From the NCBI GenBank assembly GCA_035459025.1, contig DATHYT010000034.1, forward strand, positions 9,072 through 73,071: 64,000 nucleotides of DNA, read 5' to 3'. The position numbers and the translations under genes are program-made. Each line of letters begins with the position of its first letter. Within the stretch, counting starts at the first letter, position 1. The notes below the pieces were generated by a model, which saw only the letters and a program-made list of their open reading frames with translations, was not told the origin of the DNA and did no database searches. The DNA comes from Burkholderiales bacterium (lineage in GTDB: Bacteria > Pseudomonadota > Gammaproteobacteria > Burkholderiales > SG8-39). Of this stretch, positions 1 through 10,174 are shown piece after piece.

Positions 1-843
1 TACTTCGTCACCACCGCGCAAGGCCGCTACGTGCTCACGCTGTTCGAGCGCCTGCCCGCGGCCGAGCTGCCGTTCTATCTCAATCTGATGGCGCATCTTG
101 CGCGCCACGGCATCCCCTGCCCGGCGCCGGTCGCCGGCCTGGACGACGCCTACCTCGGCGAGCTGAACGGCAAGCCCGCGGCGCTGGTGACGCGACTGCC
201 CGGGCGCTCGCTCGAGCGCCCGGGGCCGGACGAATGCGCCGCGCTCGGGGCGCTCGTCGCGCGCATGCACCTCGCCGCGCGCTCCTACGGCGCCTATCTC
301 GATAATCCGCGCGGGCCGCGCTGGTGGCGCTTGGCGGCGCGCGATCTCGAGCCGTTCGTCGACGCCGGCGAGCGCCGGCTGCTGGAGGCGGAGCTCGCGT
401 TCCAGGCGCGCCAGCGCTTTCCCGACCTGCCGCGCGGGCCGGTGCACGCGGACCTGTTTCGCGACAACGCGCTGTTCGAGGGACCGCGCCTTTCGGGGGT
501 GTTCGACTTCTACTTCGCCGGTGTCGACTGCCTGCTCTACGATGTGGCGGTGTGCGCGAATGACTGGTGCCTCGCCGATCCGGCGCGCGACCGGCGCCTG
601 GACCCGGCGCGCCTGCAGGCCTTTCTCGGCGCCTATGCGGCGCTGCGCCCGTTCAGCGCCGAGGAGCGCGATGCGTGGCCGGCGATGCTGCGCGCGGCGG
701 CGCTGCGCTTCTGGCTCTCGCGCCTGCACGACCTGCACCTGCCGCGCCCGGGCGAGCTGGTGCACGCGCACGACCCCGCGCACTTTCGCGACATTCTCGA
801 GCGCCGCGCGGCCGAGGCGCCGCCCTGGCTCGCCGCGCCATGA
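1..843 (+). CDS. thrB: homoserine kinase, ThrB (aminoglycoside-phosphotransferase-fold type); N-terminus cut by window edge
   Basis: Open in frame from base 1. Translation reads YFVTTAQGRYVLTLFERLP... and contains the HADLFRDN catalytic-loop motif typical of Pseudomonas/Burkholderia-type ThrB. GC3 is high. Stop is TGA 841-843. Confidence 0.85.
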   Translation, partial: YFVTTAQGRYVLTLFERLPAAELPFYLNLMAHLARHGIPCPAPVAGLDDAYLGELNGKPAALVTRLPGRSLERPGPDECAALGALVARMHLAARSYGAYLDNPRGPRWWRLAARDLEPFVDAGERRLLEAELAFQARQRFPDLPRGPVHADLFRDNALFEGPRLSGVFDFYFAGVDCLLYDVAVCANDWCLADPARDRRLDPARLQAFLGAYAALRPFSAEERDAWPAMLRAAALRFWLSRLHDLHLPRPGELVHAHDPAHFRDILERRAAEAPPWLAAP

Positions 844-1613
844 ACGCGCGCCTGGTCTCGCCCATGCAGGGCGCGCGCTGGCTGGCCGCGGGCTGGCGCA
901 TGTTCCGCGCCGCGCCCCTCGGCTGGCTGGTGCTCGTTTTCGCCTATCTGATGGCGACGATGCTGCTGAGCGCGTTTCCGCTCATCGGGCCGGCGGCGGT
1001 GTCGGTGCTGATGCCGGCCTTCTCGGTGGGATTCATGGCGGCGAGCCGCGCCGCGGCGCGGCGTCAGGCGGTGGAGCTGCCGATGCTGTTCGCCGGATTC
1101 CGCGAGCGCCTGCCGCAGCAGCTGGTGCTGGGGTGCGTCTATGCGGCGGGCTTCGCCGCGGCGCTTGCCGGCTCGGCGCTGCTTGACGACGGCGCGCTGC
1201 TCGGCGTGCTGTTCTCGCCGCAGCGGGTCCAGGCGGAGGGCGGGCCCGGCGATGCGCTGCTCCTCGGCGTGCTCGCGTCGGCCCTGATCTACCTGCCCAC
1301 CATGATGATGCTGTGGTTCGCGCCGGTGCTGGTGGCCTGGCATGCGGTGCACCCGGCCAAGGCGCTGTTCTACAGCCTGGTGGCGTTCTGGATGAACCGC
1401 ACGGCGTTCATCGCCTACGCGCTCGCGCTCGCTCTGGTGCTCTTTCTGTCGATGGGCTCGGTGGTCCTGCTCGCCGCGCTGATGCCCGGCGAGGCCCCGG
1501 CCTTCAATCCGCGCTCGCTCGTTTTCCCGATGGCGCTCGTCATCCTGCCGACGCTCTTCGCGAGCTACTACGCGAGCTACCAGGACGTGTTCGGCGCCGC
1601 CGGAGAACCCTGA
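840..1613 (+). CDS. polytopic inner-membrane protein of unknown function (BPSS1780/DUF2189-like)
   Basis: ATG 840 overlaps the thrB stop (ATGA). 257 aa with several long hydrophobic helices ([61 protein letters not shown]). The family name is recalled, not verified. Confidence 0.7.
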   Translation: MNARLVSPMQGARWLAAGWRMFRAAPLGWLVLVFAYLMATMLLSAFPLIGPAAVSVLMPAFSVGFMAASRAAARRQAVELPMLFAGFRERLPQQLVLGCVYAAGFAAALAGSALLDDGALLGVLFSPQRVQAEGGPGDALLLGVLASALIYLPTMMMLWFAPVLVAWHAVHPAKALFYSLVAFWMNRTAFIAYALALALVLFLSMGSVVLLAALMPGEAPAFNPRSLVFPMALVILPTLFASYYASYQDVFGAAGEP

Positions 1614-4600
1614 TGCAGCCCCGGCTGCGCGAGATCCCGTACAACTACACGTCGTTCTCGGACCGCGAAATCGTGCTGCGGCTGCTCGGCGCCGAGGGCT
1701 GGCGGCTGCTCGCCGAGCTGCGCGCCGAGCGGCGCACGGGACGCTCGGCGCGCATGCTGTACGAGGCGCTGGGCGAGATGTGGGTCATCCGGCGCAACCC
1801 CTACCTCGAGGACGGCCTGATCGCGGACCGGCGCGCGCGCCGCCAGCTGCTCGAGGGCATGCGCCGGCGCCTGGCGGAGATCGAGGCGCGGCGCGCCGGC
1901 AACGAGAAGGTGGGCGAGCTGCTGGCGCTGGCCGGCGCAGCGCTCGAGCGCTTCGCTGCATCGTTCGAGGAGACGCGCGCGCTGCGCGCCAGGGTGCTGA
2001 AGCGCCTGCGGCGCGTGACGCGGCGCGACAACATCGCCTTCGACCCTTACGCGCGGGTCGCGCACGTCACCGACGCGACCGACTGGCGCGTGGAATACCC
2101 GTTCGTCGTCGTCTCGCCCGACACCGAGGAAGAGGTGCTGATGCTGGTGCGCGCGCTCGGCGCGCTCGGCCTGACCATCATCCCGCGCGGCGGCGGCACC
2201 GGCTATACCGGCGGTGCGGTGCCGCTCACGCCGCGCGCCGCGGTCATCAACACCGAGAAGCTCGACACGCTGGGCGCGGTGGAGTGGCTGGAGCTGCCGG
2301 GCGCCGGACGCAAGACGCCCACGGTGCGCGCCGGCGCCGGCGTGGTGACGCGGCGCGTGATGGACGCGGCGGAGGAGGCGGGGCTCGTCTTCGCGGTCGA
2401 TCCGACGTCGGCCGACGCGTCCTGCGTCGGCGGCAACGTCGCCATGAATGCCGGCGGCAAGAAGGCGGTGCTCTGGGGCACCGCGGTCGACAACCTCGCC
2501 TGGTGGAAGATGGTGACGCCGCAGGGCGAGTGGCTCGAGATCGAGCGCTACCAGCACAACTTAGGAAGGCTGCAGGACACCGCCAGCGCCACGTTTCACC
2601 TGCGGCGCATCTCGCCCGACGGCAAGAAGCTGCTCGAAGAGCGCGCCATCGAGCTGCCGGGGAGCGCGTTCCGCAAGCAGCGGCTCGGCAAGGACGTCAC
2701 CGACAAGTTCCTCGGCGGGCTTCCCGGCGTGCAAAAGGAGGGCTGCGACGGCATCATCGTCGCCGCGCGCTTCATCCTGCACCGCATGCCTGCGCACACG
2801 CGCACGGTGTGCCTGGAATTCTTCGCACCGGCGGCCGAGGCCGTGCCGGCGATCGTAGAGATCCGCGACCACGTCGCGCGCCTCGCGGGCGTGCAGCTCG
2901 CCGGGCTCGAGCACCTCGACGAGCGCTACGTGAAGGCGGTGGGCTACGGCACCAAGTCGCGCCGCGGGCAGCGGCCGCGGATGGTCCTGATCGGCGACCT
3001 GGTGGGCGCGAACGTCGACGAGGTGGCGAGCGCCGCGTCCTCGGTGGTGCGCATCGCCAACGCGCGCGGCGGCGAGGGCTTTGTCGCCGTGTCGGCCGAG
3101 GCGCGCAAGCGCTTCTGGCTCGACCGCGCGCGCACCGCGGCCATCGCGCGCCACACCAACGCCTTCAAGATCAACGAGGACGTGGTGATCCCGCTGGAGC
3201 ATCTCGGCGCCTACAGCGACGGCGTCGAGCGCATCAACATCGAGTGCTCGATCGACAACAAGCTCGCGCTGCTCGATGCGCTCGAGGAATATTTCCAGGG
3301 CGCGCTGCCGCTGGTGCAGGGCGAGGAGGCGCTGCCGCGACCGGAGCTGCTCGGCGACCGCGCGCAGCAGGCGCTCGATCTCCTCGCCGCGGTGCGCACG
3401 CGCTGGCAGCGGCTGAGGAACGGCATCGATTTCGAGTTCGCCAAGCTGCAGGCGCGCACCGAGCGCCTGTCATGGAAGACCGAGGTGCGCGCGGAGCTCG
3501 CGCGCATCTTTGCCGGACCGCCCTACGCGAAGATCCTCGAGGAGGCCGACGCGCTGCACAAGCGCGTGCGGCGCGGCCGCGTGTTCGTCGCGCTTCACAT
3601 GCACGCCGGCGACGGCAACGTGCACAGCAACATTCCGGTGAACTCGGACGACTACGCCATGCTGCAGCGCGCGACGCAGGTGGTGGCGCGCCTGATGGCG
3701 CTCGCCAAGTCCCTCGGCGGCGTGGTCTCGGGCGAGCACGGCATCGGCATCACCAAGCTCGAATACCTCGAGCCCGCGGAGCTCGAAGCGTTCCGCGCCT
3801 ACAAGGAGGCCGTTGATCCCGAGGGGCGCTTCAACGCCGGCAAGCTGCTGGCCGGCGGGGGGCTGGAGAACGCCTACACGCCGAGCTTCTCGCTGATCGG
3901 CGCCGAGTCGCTGATCCTGGAGGAGACCGACCTCGGTGCCGTGACCCGCTCGGTCAAGGATTGCCTGCGTTGCGGCAAGTGCAAGCCGGCGTGCGCCACG
4001 CATGTGCCGCGCGCCAACCTGCTCTACTCGCCGCGCGACAAGATCCTCGCCGCCTCGCTCCTCATCGAAGCGATCCTCTATGAGGAGCAGACGCGCCGCG
4101 GCGTGGCGCGCGTGCACTACGACGCCTTCGCCGACGTCGCCGAGCACTGCACGGTGTGCCACAAGTGCGCCAGTCCCTGTCCGGTGGACATCGATTTCGG
4201 CGACGTGTCCATCGCCATGCGCAACCTCCTGCGCCGCGCCGGGAAAGCGCGCTTCAATCCGGGCACGCGCGCCTCGATGCTGCTTCTCACCGCCACCGAT
4301 CCGCGCGCCGTGCGCGCGGCGCGCCTCGCCCTGGTCGGCTGGGGCTTCCGGCTGCAGCGCGCAGCGCATCGCCTCCTCCGCCTTCTGTGGCGCGGGCAGA
4401 CCGCGCGCCCGCCTGCCACCACCGGGCAGCCGCCGCTGCGCGCCCAGGTGGTGCACTTCGTCAACAAGGCGCTGCCCGGCGCTCTGCCGAAGAAGACGGC
4501 GCGCGCGCTCCTTGACATCGAGGACGCGAAGATCGTGCCCATCGTGCGCGATCCGGCCAAGGTGGGAGAAGACTCGGACGCGGTGTTCTACTTCCCGGGC

Positions 4601-5353
4601 TGCGGCTCGGAGCGCCTGTTCAGCCAGGTAAGCCTCGCCGCGCAGGCCATGCTCTACGAGGTGGGCGCGCAGTGCGTGCTGCCGCCGGGATACCTGTGCT
4701 GCGGCTATCCGCAGAGCGCCGCCGGCGAGCAGGACAAGGGCGAGAGGATCATCACCGCCAACCGCGTGCTGTTCCACCGCCTGGCGACCACGCTCAACTA
4801 CCTCGACATCCGCACCGTGAACGTGTCGTGCGGCACCTGCCTCGACCAGTTGGAGAAGTACGAGTTCGAGCGCATCTTTCCCGGCTCGAGGCTGATCGAC
4901 ATCCACGAATACCTCCTGGAGAAGGGCGTCAAGCTCGAAGGCGTCGAGGGCCAGCGCTATCTGTACCACGACCCCTGCCATACGCCGATGAAGCTGCGCG
5001 CGCCGCTGGAGACGGTGCGCGCGCTGACCGGCGGCGCCGTGCAGCCCGCCGCGCGCTGCTGCGGCGAGTCTGGCACGCTCGCCACGACGCGCCCCGACAT
5101 CTCGACGCAGGTGCGCTATCGCAAGGAAGAGGAGCTCAAGCGCGACGTGGCGGCGCTCCCGGGCGACGGCCCGGTGAAGGTGCTCACGTCGTGCCCGTCG
5201 TGCCTGCAGGGCCTTGCACGCTTCGACGCGGACGCGGGCACGCAGGCCGATTACATCGTGGTCGAGATGGCGCGGCGCCTGCTGGGCGAGAACTGGCTGC
5301 CGGAATTCGTCGGCAAGGCGAACACCGGCGGCATCGAGCGCGTGCTGCTGTAG
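1613..5353 (+). CDS. 1246-aa multidomain FAD-linked oxidase / Fe-S oxidoreductase (DUF3683 N-domain + GlcD-like FAD domain + 2x[4Fe-4S] + two CCG domains; YdiJ-like)
   Basis: ATG 1613 overlaps the previous stop (TGATG). Motifs: [16 protein letters not shown] (DUF3683-like), [14 protein letters not shown] (FAD-binding PCMH type), [11 protein letters not shown] and [12 protein letters not shown] (ferredoxin-type clusters), FPGCGSE...CCGYP and YHDPCH...CCGESG (CCG repeats). Confidence 0.85.
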   Translation: MQPRLREIPYNYTSFSDREIVLRLLGAEGWRLLAELRAERRTGRSARMLYEALGEMWVIRRNPYLEDGLIADRRARRQLLEGMRRRLAEIEARRAGNEKVGELLALAGAALERFAASFEETRALRARVLKRLRRVTRRDNIAFDPYARVAHVTDATDWRVEYPFVVVSPDTEEEVLMLVRALGALGLTIIPRGGGTGYTGGAVPLTPRAAVINTEKLDTLGAVEWLELPGAGRKTPTVRAGAGVVTRRVMDAAEEAGLVFAVDPTSADASCVGGNVAMNAGGKKAVLWGTAVDNLAWWKMVTPQGEWLEIERYQHNLGRLQDTASATFHLRRISPDGKKLLEERAIELPGSAFRKQRLGKDVTDKFLGGLPGVQKEGCDGIIVAARFILHRMPAHTRTVCLEFFAPAAEAVPAIVEIRDHVARLAGVQLAGLEHLDERYVKAVGYGTKSRRGQRPRMVLIGDLVGANVDEVASAASSVVRIANARGGEGFVAVSAEARKRFWLDRARTAAIARHTNAFKINEDVVIPLEHLGAYSDGVERINIECSIDNKLALLDALEEYFQGALPLVQGEEALPRPELLGDRAQQALDLLAAVRTRWQRLRNGIDFEFAKLQARTERLSWKTEVRAELARIFAGPPYAKILEEADALHKRVRRGRVFVALHMHAGDGNVHSNIPVNSDDYAMLQRATQVVARLMALAKSLGGVVSGEHGIGITKLEYLEPAELEAFRAYKEAVDPEGRFNAGKLLAGGGLENAYTPSFSLIGAESLILEETDLGAVTRSVKDCLRCGKCKPACATHVPRANLLYSPRDKILAASLLIEAILYEEQTRRGVARVHYDAFADVAEHCTVCHKCASPCPVDIDFGDVSIAMRNLLRRAGKARFNPGTRASMLLLTATDPRAVRAARLALVGWGFRLQRAAHRLLRLLWRGQTARPPATTGQPPLRAQVVHFVNKALPGALPKKTARALLDIEDAKIVPIVRDPAKVGEDSDAVFYFPGCGSERLFSQVSLAAQAMLYEVGAQCVLPPGYLCCGYPQSAAGEQDKGERIITANRVLFHRLATTLNYLDIRTVNVSCGTCLDQLEKYEFERIFPGSRLIDIHEYLLEKGVKLEGVEGQRYLYHDPCHTPMKLRAPLETVRALTGGAVQPAARCCGESGTLATTRPDISTQVRYRKEEELKRDVAALPGDGPVKVLTSCPSCLQGLARFDADAGTQADYIVVEMARRLLGENWLPEFVGKANTGGIERVLL

Positions 5354-5364
5354 AGTTTGCCGCG

Positions 5365-6978
5365 ATGAGCCCGCCGAGCGCCTTGCCGCCGCCCGCGATC
5401 GATCCCGCGGCGCAGCCCGAGTTCAGCGACGCGGCGAGCGCCAAGGCCTGGCTCGAGCACGTGCCGCTCGCCAACGTGTCGGCGGCGCAGCACCAGCTGC
5501 TCGTGCAGATCGAGGAGTTCAACCGCTACGCGGCCGGGCCGGAGGCCCGCTTCGCCGTGATGGAGACGCTGCGCGAGGCGGTGAACTTCGTGCAGATCGA
5601 GCAGGCCAAGCGCTTCACCAACCGCGCGCTGCCGATGCAGGCGGCCGAGGCGACCCTGTTCGAAGAAACGATCGAGCTGTGGGAGCAGATGCGCCTGGGC
5701 TACCTGCGCTGCCTGGAGGCGGATGCCGCGGCGCTGCGCGGCAAGCGCGCGCTCCTCGCGCAGCGCGCGCTCGCCTACTCGGGGCTGCGCATGTTCCACC
5801 ACTACCGCGCTTACCGGCAGGTCCCGGCGCGCGACTGGCGCAACCTGCACCAGACCTACGCGCGCGCCGAGCATCTGGGCGTGACCGAGACGGCGGTGAA
5901 AGACTACCTCAACCGCGACGTGCACGACACCTCGCCGCGCATCGCCTACCTGCGCGCCACGCTGATGGGCATGTGCAACCCGCACGAGCTGACGCCGCGC
6001 CAGCTCACGTTCGTCGCCTACCTGCTCGAGCGCTGGGCCGACAAGGTGGAGATCTCGGGCGCGCCGGTCGACGAGGGCGATCTGCCGCCGCTCAGCGTCG
6101 ACCTCGCCGGCGAGCGCTGCGCCGAGCGCGGCACCGCGGCGGGCGCCGAGCCGCGCTACCTGGATGCGCGGCGATTGGCGAAGAGCATCCGCAACCGCGT
6201 CGCGCTGCTCAGAAAGGGCGAGTCGCCGGCGCGGCTCGCGCTCGGTGAGGACTGCGTGCAGCCCTCGTGCGAGCAGCTGCTCGTGTTCCTGTACCGGCAG
6301 TGGTGCCAGGCGCGCCCCGCGCGCGGCGTGGACCGCGACCGCGCGCAAGACAAGGTGCAGGCCTGCACCGGCCTTGCCGCCATCCACTATTACGTCTCGG
6401 GGCGGGTGTTCCGCGTCACGGCCACCTTCAAGGAGCTCACCGCGAGGCAGCGCGACGAGATCGCCACCTTTGGCCGCGTCAGCACGCGCGACGAGGACGA
6501 CTACAGCGTGGCGCAGGGATTTCTGCTCGAGCAGTGGCAGCTCGAGGACGAGAGCGCGCAGGGCCTGAAGATGCTGCGCCGCGCCGGCAGTCCCGGGCAG
6601 CGCATGGCGGCCGGCCAGCTCGTCGGTGTGCGGCATGCAGACGCAAAGAGCTTCCAGATCGGCCAGGTGCGCTGGCTGCTCGCCACCGAGGCCGGGGACC
6701 TGGTCTGCGGCGTGAAGCTGCTGCCCGGGCTGCCGCTCGCCGGCGCGGTGCGCGGCACCGGCGTCAACGCCGCCGACGAGAAGTACGTGCAGGCCGTGGC
6801 GCTCGCCGCGGTGCCGGCGCTCAAGGCGCCGCCGACTCTGGTCCTGGCGCCGGGCTGGTTCCGGCCCAAGCGCGTCATCGAGGCCGCGATCCCGAAGCCG
6901 ATGCGCGCGCGGCTGCTGGAAGTGCTCGAGCGCGGCAACGATTTCGAGCGCGTCGCCTACGAGGTGTTGCCGGACTAG
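5365..6978 (+). CDS. 537-aa protein with an uncharacterised N-terminal region and a C-terminal PilZ-like c-di-GMP binding domain
   Basis: ATG 5365 lies 12 nt after the previous stop. The C-terminal third carries RVSTR (RxxxR, 6475-6489) followed 19 residues later by DESAQG (DxSxxG, 6547-6564), which is the canonical PilZ motif pair and spacing. Confidence 0.7.
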   Translation: MSPPSALPPPAIDPAAQPEFSDAASAKAWLEHVPLANVSAAQHQLLVQIEEFNRYAAGPEARFAVMETLREAVNFVQIEQAKRFTNRALPMQAAEATLFEETIELWEQMRLGYLRCLEADAAALRGKRALLAQRALAYSGLRMFHHYRAYRQVPARDWRNLHQTYARAEHLGVTETAVKDYLNRDVHDTSPRIAYLRATLMGMCNPHELTPRQLTFVAYLLERWADKVEISGAPVDEGDLPPLSVDLAGERCAERGTAAGAEPRYLDARRLAKSIRNRVALLRKGESPARLALGEDCVQPSCEQLLVFLYRQWCQARPARGVDRDRAQDKVQACTGLAAIHYYVSGRVFRVTATFKELTARQRDEIATFGRVSTRDEDDYSVAQGFLLEQWQLEDESAQGLKMLRRAGSPGQRMAAGQLVGVRHADAKSFQIGQVRWLLATEAGDLVCGVKLLPGLPLAGAVRGTGVNAADEKYVQAVALAAVPALKAPPTLVLAPGWFRPKRVIEAAIPKPMRARLLEVLERGNDFERVAYEVLPD

Positions 6979-8270
6979 GCCACCGCCCGCGCCGGGCCCG
7001 CCGGCGCCAAGCGATCGGCGGGGAATTCGGCGCGAAACGTCGAGCCCTTCCCGAACGCGCTTTCCACCTCGAGGCTCGCCTGGTGCCGCGTCAGCACGTG
7101 CTTGACGATGGCGAGCCCCAAGCCGGTGCCGCCCGAGTCGCGTGAGCGCCCCTGGTCGACGCGGTAGAAGCGCTCGGTGAGCCGCGGGATGTGGCGCGTC
7201 TCGACGCCGATGCCCGTGTCCTGCACGGCGAAGATGCCGCGCTTGCCCTCGAGCCGCCAGGACAGCGTGATCGTGCCTCCCGGTGGGGTGTAGTTCACCG
7301 CGTTGGAAACGAGGTTGGCGAACGCGCTGTGCAGCTCGCGCGCGCTGCCGGTGAGCAGGGCGTCGTGCTCGATGCGGCTCACGACCTGGTGGCGCCCGGC
7401 CGACAGTGCGCGCGCCTCCTCCACGAGCCGCTCCACCAACGCGCGCATGTCGATGGCCTGCTCGTCGGCCGGCGCCGGGCTCGATTCCAGCGCCGAGAGC
7501 GTGAGCAGGTCCTCGATTAGCTGCTGCATGCGCCGCGCCTGCTCGGCCATCAGGCCGAGGTAGCGCCGGCGCTGCGCGGGGCTCATCTCGATTTCGGCCT
7601 CACCCAGCGTCTCGACGAAGCCCGCGAGCACGGTGATCGGCGTCTTCAGCTCGTGCGAGACGTTGGCGACGAAGTCGCGGCGCATGGTCTCGAGCTTTTC
7701 CTGCGCCGTGATGTCGCGCGAGATCAGCAGCTTTTGCTCGTCGCCGAACTCGATCAGGCGCACCAGGAGCACCGTTTCGCCGCGTACGCCGCGCAGCACG
7801 AGCGGCTCGTCGAACCTGCCCGCCTCGAGCCAGGCGATGAAGGCCGGGTGGCGCATGAAGTTCGCCACCGGGCGCCCCAGGTCGCGGCGCGCGTCGATGC
7901 TGAAGTGCCGCGCCGCCGTCGGATTGGCCCACTCGATGTGGTACTCGCGGTCGAGAATCACCACGCCGTCGGGCAGCGCGCGGCCGGCGTCGCGAAAGCG
8001 CGCCAGCGCCGCGCGCAGGCGCTCGCGCTCGTCGTCGCGGTCCTTGAGGTGCCGGTGCAGCGTGGCGAACGCGTCTTCCCACAGGCCGCGCCCCGGGGGC
8101 AGCGCGTCGCGCGAGGGCCGCGAGAGCCAGCGCAGGAACGCCGCGAGCTGCACCGTGTGGAACAGGAGCGCCAGCGCGAGCACCGCCGCTACGCCGCCCC
8201 AACCCCACAGCAGGCCCGCGGCCGCTGCCGCCACTGCCACCGCGAGCGCGCTGGCCCAGGCCGGATTCAA
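6975..8270 (-). CDS. phoR: phosphate regulon sensor histidine kinase PhoR
   Basis: H-box FVANVSHELKTPITVL, a PAS-like segment (VVILDREYHIEWANP), N/G boxes (LVSNAVNYTPPGG, DTGIGV, GGTGLGLAIVKH) and an N-terminal hydrophobic region. The only plausible start is TTG at 8270, overlapping the phoB stop (TTGA). The longer 763-aa track ORF runs out of frame through phoB. Confidence 0.85.
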   Translation of the reverse strand: MNPAWASALAVAVAAAAAGLLWGWGGVAAVLALALLFHTVQLAAFLRWLSRPSRDALPPGRGLWEDAFATLHRHLKDRDDERERLRAALARFRDAGRALPDGVVILDREYHIEWANPTAARHFSIDARRDLGRPVANFMRHPAFIAWLEAGRFDEPLVLRGVRGETVLLVRLIEFGDEQKLLISRDITAQEKLETMRRDFVANVSHELKTPITVLAGFVETLGEAEIEMSPAQRRRYLGLMAEQARRMQQLIEDLLTLSALESSPAPADEQAIDMRALVERLVEEARALSAGRHQVVSRIEHDALLTGSARELHSAFANLVSNAVNYTPPGGTITLSWRLEGKRGIFAVQDTGIGVETRHIPRLTERFYRVDQGRSRDSGGTGLGLAIVKHVLTRHQASLEVESAFGKGSTFRAEFPADRLAPAGPARAVA

Positions 8271-8959
8271 GCGGAAAGGGCGGTGAGCCGGTAGCCCGCG
8301 CCGCGCACGGTCTCGATCAGGCGGTCGTGGCCTGAAGGCTCGAGGGACTTGCGCAGGCGCCGGATATGCACGTCGACCGTGCGCTCCTCGAGGAACACGT
8401 GGTCGCCCCAGACCTGATCGAGCAGCTGCGCACGCGAGTGCACGCGCTCGGCGTGGGTCATGAGGAAATGGAGCAAGCGAAACTCGGTCGGACCGAGTTC
8501 GAGCGCGCGGCTTGCGCCGAACACGCGGTGCGTCTCGGGCTCCAGGCGCAGCCCCGCCAGCTCCACCGGGTCGTCGGTCATCTGCGGCGCGCGCCGGCGC
8601 AGCACCGCCTTGATGCGCGCCAGCAACTCGCGCGGCGAGAACGGCTTGGTGACGTAGTCGTCGGCGCCGGCTTCCAGGCCCGCGACCTTGTCGGCCTCGG
8701 CGCCGCGCGCGGTCAGCAAAATGATGGGGATCGCCCTGGTGCGGTCCTCCCGGCGCATCTGGCGCGCGAGCGCGACCCCCGACATTCCGGGCAGCATCCA
8801 GTCGATGAGCAGCAGGTCGGGCAGGGCGTGGCGCACGATCCCCAGCGCCCCTTCGGCATCCTTGGCGCGGATCACCTGGTGGCCGGCATGCTCGAGGTTC
8901 ACCGCGATCAGCTCCTGGATCGCCGGCTCGTCCTCGACGAGCAGGATGTTGGCGGGCAT
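8267..8959 (-). CDS. phoB: phosphate regulon response regulator PhoB (OmpR family)
   Basis: MPANILLVEDEPAIQELI..., receiver Asp in LLLIDWMLPGMSG, winged-helix C-terminus (VDVHIRRLRKSLEP...IETVRGAGYRL). Sits directly upstream of phoR. Confidence 0.92.
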   Translation of the reverse strand: MPANILLVEDEPAIQELIAVNLEHAGHQVIRAKDAEGALGIVRHALPDLLLIDWMLPGMSGVALARQMRREDRTRAIPIILLTARGAEADKVAGLEAGADDYVTKPFSPRELLARIKAVLRRRAPQMTDDPVELAGLRLEPETHRVFGASRALELGPTEFRLLHFLMTHAERVHSRAQLLDQVWGDHVFLEERTVDVHIRRLRKSLEPSGHDRLIETVRGAGYRLTALSA

Positions 8960-9026
8960 GGTGACGATAATTGGAACGTGTCGAGGCCGTATTGTTGCAG
9001 ACCGCCCGGGGTATCATCGGTCGGCC

Positions 9027-9374
9027 ATGCCCACGCCGACCGAGATCCGGCTGCACCAGAAGTCGCGGCTGCTGGAAGTCGTCTTCGACGACGGCCGCAG
9101 CTTCCGCCTGCCCTACGAGTACCTGCGCGTGTTCTCGCCATCGGCCGAGGTGCGCGGCCACGGTCCCGGCCAGGAAGTGCTGCAGGTCGGCAAGCGCGAG
9201 GTCGAGATTCGCCAAGTCGAGCCGGTCGGCTCGTACGCGATCCAGCCCACGTTTTCCGACGGGCACGCGACGGGCATCTATTCCTGGGACTACCTCTACC
9301 AGCTGGGCGTCGAGCAGGACGCGCGCTGGGCCGCCTACCTCAAGCAGATCGAAGAGGCCGGAGCCAGCAGATAA
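9027..9374 (+). CDS. DUF971 domain protein (gamma-butyrobetaine-hydroxylase-like N-terminal domain)
   Basis: 115 aa: [31 protein letters not shown]...[25 protein letters not shown]. As I recall, this is the usual partner upstream of ubiE in Betaproteobacteria. Confidence 0.8.
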   Translation: MPTPTEIRLHQKSRLLEVVFDDGRSFRLPYEYLRVFSPSAEVRGHGPGQEVLQVGKREVEIRQVEPVGSYAIQPTFSDGHATGIYSWDYLYQLGVEQDARWAAYLKQIEEAGASR

Positions 9375-9393
9375 CGTAAGCGGTTACTTACTC

Positions 9394-10128
9394 ATGTTCG
9401 ATACCGACTTCGGCTACGAGCAGGTGCACGAGAGCGAAAAGCGCGCGCGGGTCGGCGAGGTGTTCGACCAGGTCGCGCCGCGCTACGACCTGATGAACGA
9501 CCTGATGTCGCTCGGCGTGCATCGGCTGTGGAAGGCCTTCGCCGTGAACGTGGCGCGCGTGCGCGCGGGCGATCGCGTGCTCGATATCGCCTCGGGCAGC
9601 GGCGACCTGGCGCGGGTCTTCGCGCGCCGGGCCGGAACGACCGGGGAGGTCTGGGCCACCGATATCAACCGCCGCATGCTCGAGCGCGGCCGCGACCGGC
9701 TGCTCGACGCCGGCCTGCGGCTGCCCGCCGTGCAGTGCGATGCCGAGCGCCTGCCGTTTCCCGCGGGGTACTTCGATTGCGTCGCGGTGGCTTTCGGCCT
9801 ACGCAACATGACCCACAAGGACGCCGCGCTGGCCGAGATGGCGCGCGTATTGCGGCCCGGCGGCCGCCTGGTGGTGCTGGAATTCTCGCGGGTCTGGAAG
9901 CCGCTCGAGAAGCCCTACGCGCTCTATTCGTTCAGCGTGCTGCCGTGGCTCGGCAAGCAGGTGGCGGGCTCCGGCGACGCCTACCGCTATCTCGCCGAGT
10001 CGATCCGCAGGCATCCGGACCAGGACACGCTCGCCGCGATGATGGAACGCGCCGGTCTTGCGGCGGTCGAATACTTCAATCTCAGCGCAGGCGTCGCCGC
10101 AGTCCATCGCGGTGTCAAGCTGGGTTAG
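9394..10128 (+). CDS. ubiE: demethylmenaquinone/ubiquinone C-methyltransferase UbiE
   Basis: [45 protein letters not shown] motif [30 protein letters not shown]. Confidence 0.93.
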   Translation: MFDTDFGYEQVHESEKRARVGEVFDQVAPRYDLMNDLMSLGVHRLWKAFAVNVARVRAGDRVLDIASGSGDLARVFARRAGTTGEVWATDINRRMLERGRDRLLDAGLRLPAVQCDAERLPFPAGYFDCVAVAFGLRNMTHKDAALAEMARVLRPGGRLVVLEFSRVWKPLEKPYALYSFSVLPWLGKQVAGSGDAYRYLAESIRRHPDQDTLAAMMERAGLAAVEYFNLSAGVAAVHRGVKLG

Positions 10129-10174
10129 CATCGCAGCGCAGTTCGACAACTTTACGCAAAGGAGCGTGCGCTTC

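Noticed and set aside
8960-9026. A Pho box upstream of phoB.
   Set aside because: The 67-bp phoB/DUF971 spacer shows no convincing tandem CTGTCAT-type repeats at 11-bp spacing (the nearest match is CTGCAAC...). I cannot support a Pho box call by eye.
6975-9266. 763-aa PhoR ORF from the track, which looks like a PhoR with a huge N-terminal extension.
   Set aside because: The part upstream of 8270 runs out of frame through phoB and is Arg/Pro-rich nonsense. The PhoR membrane, PAS and kinase domains begin at the TTG overlapping the phoB stop.
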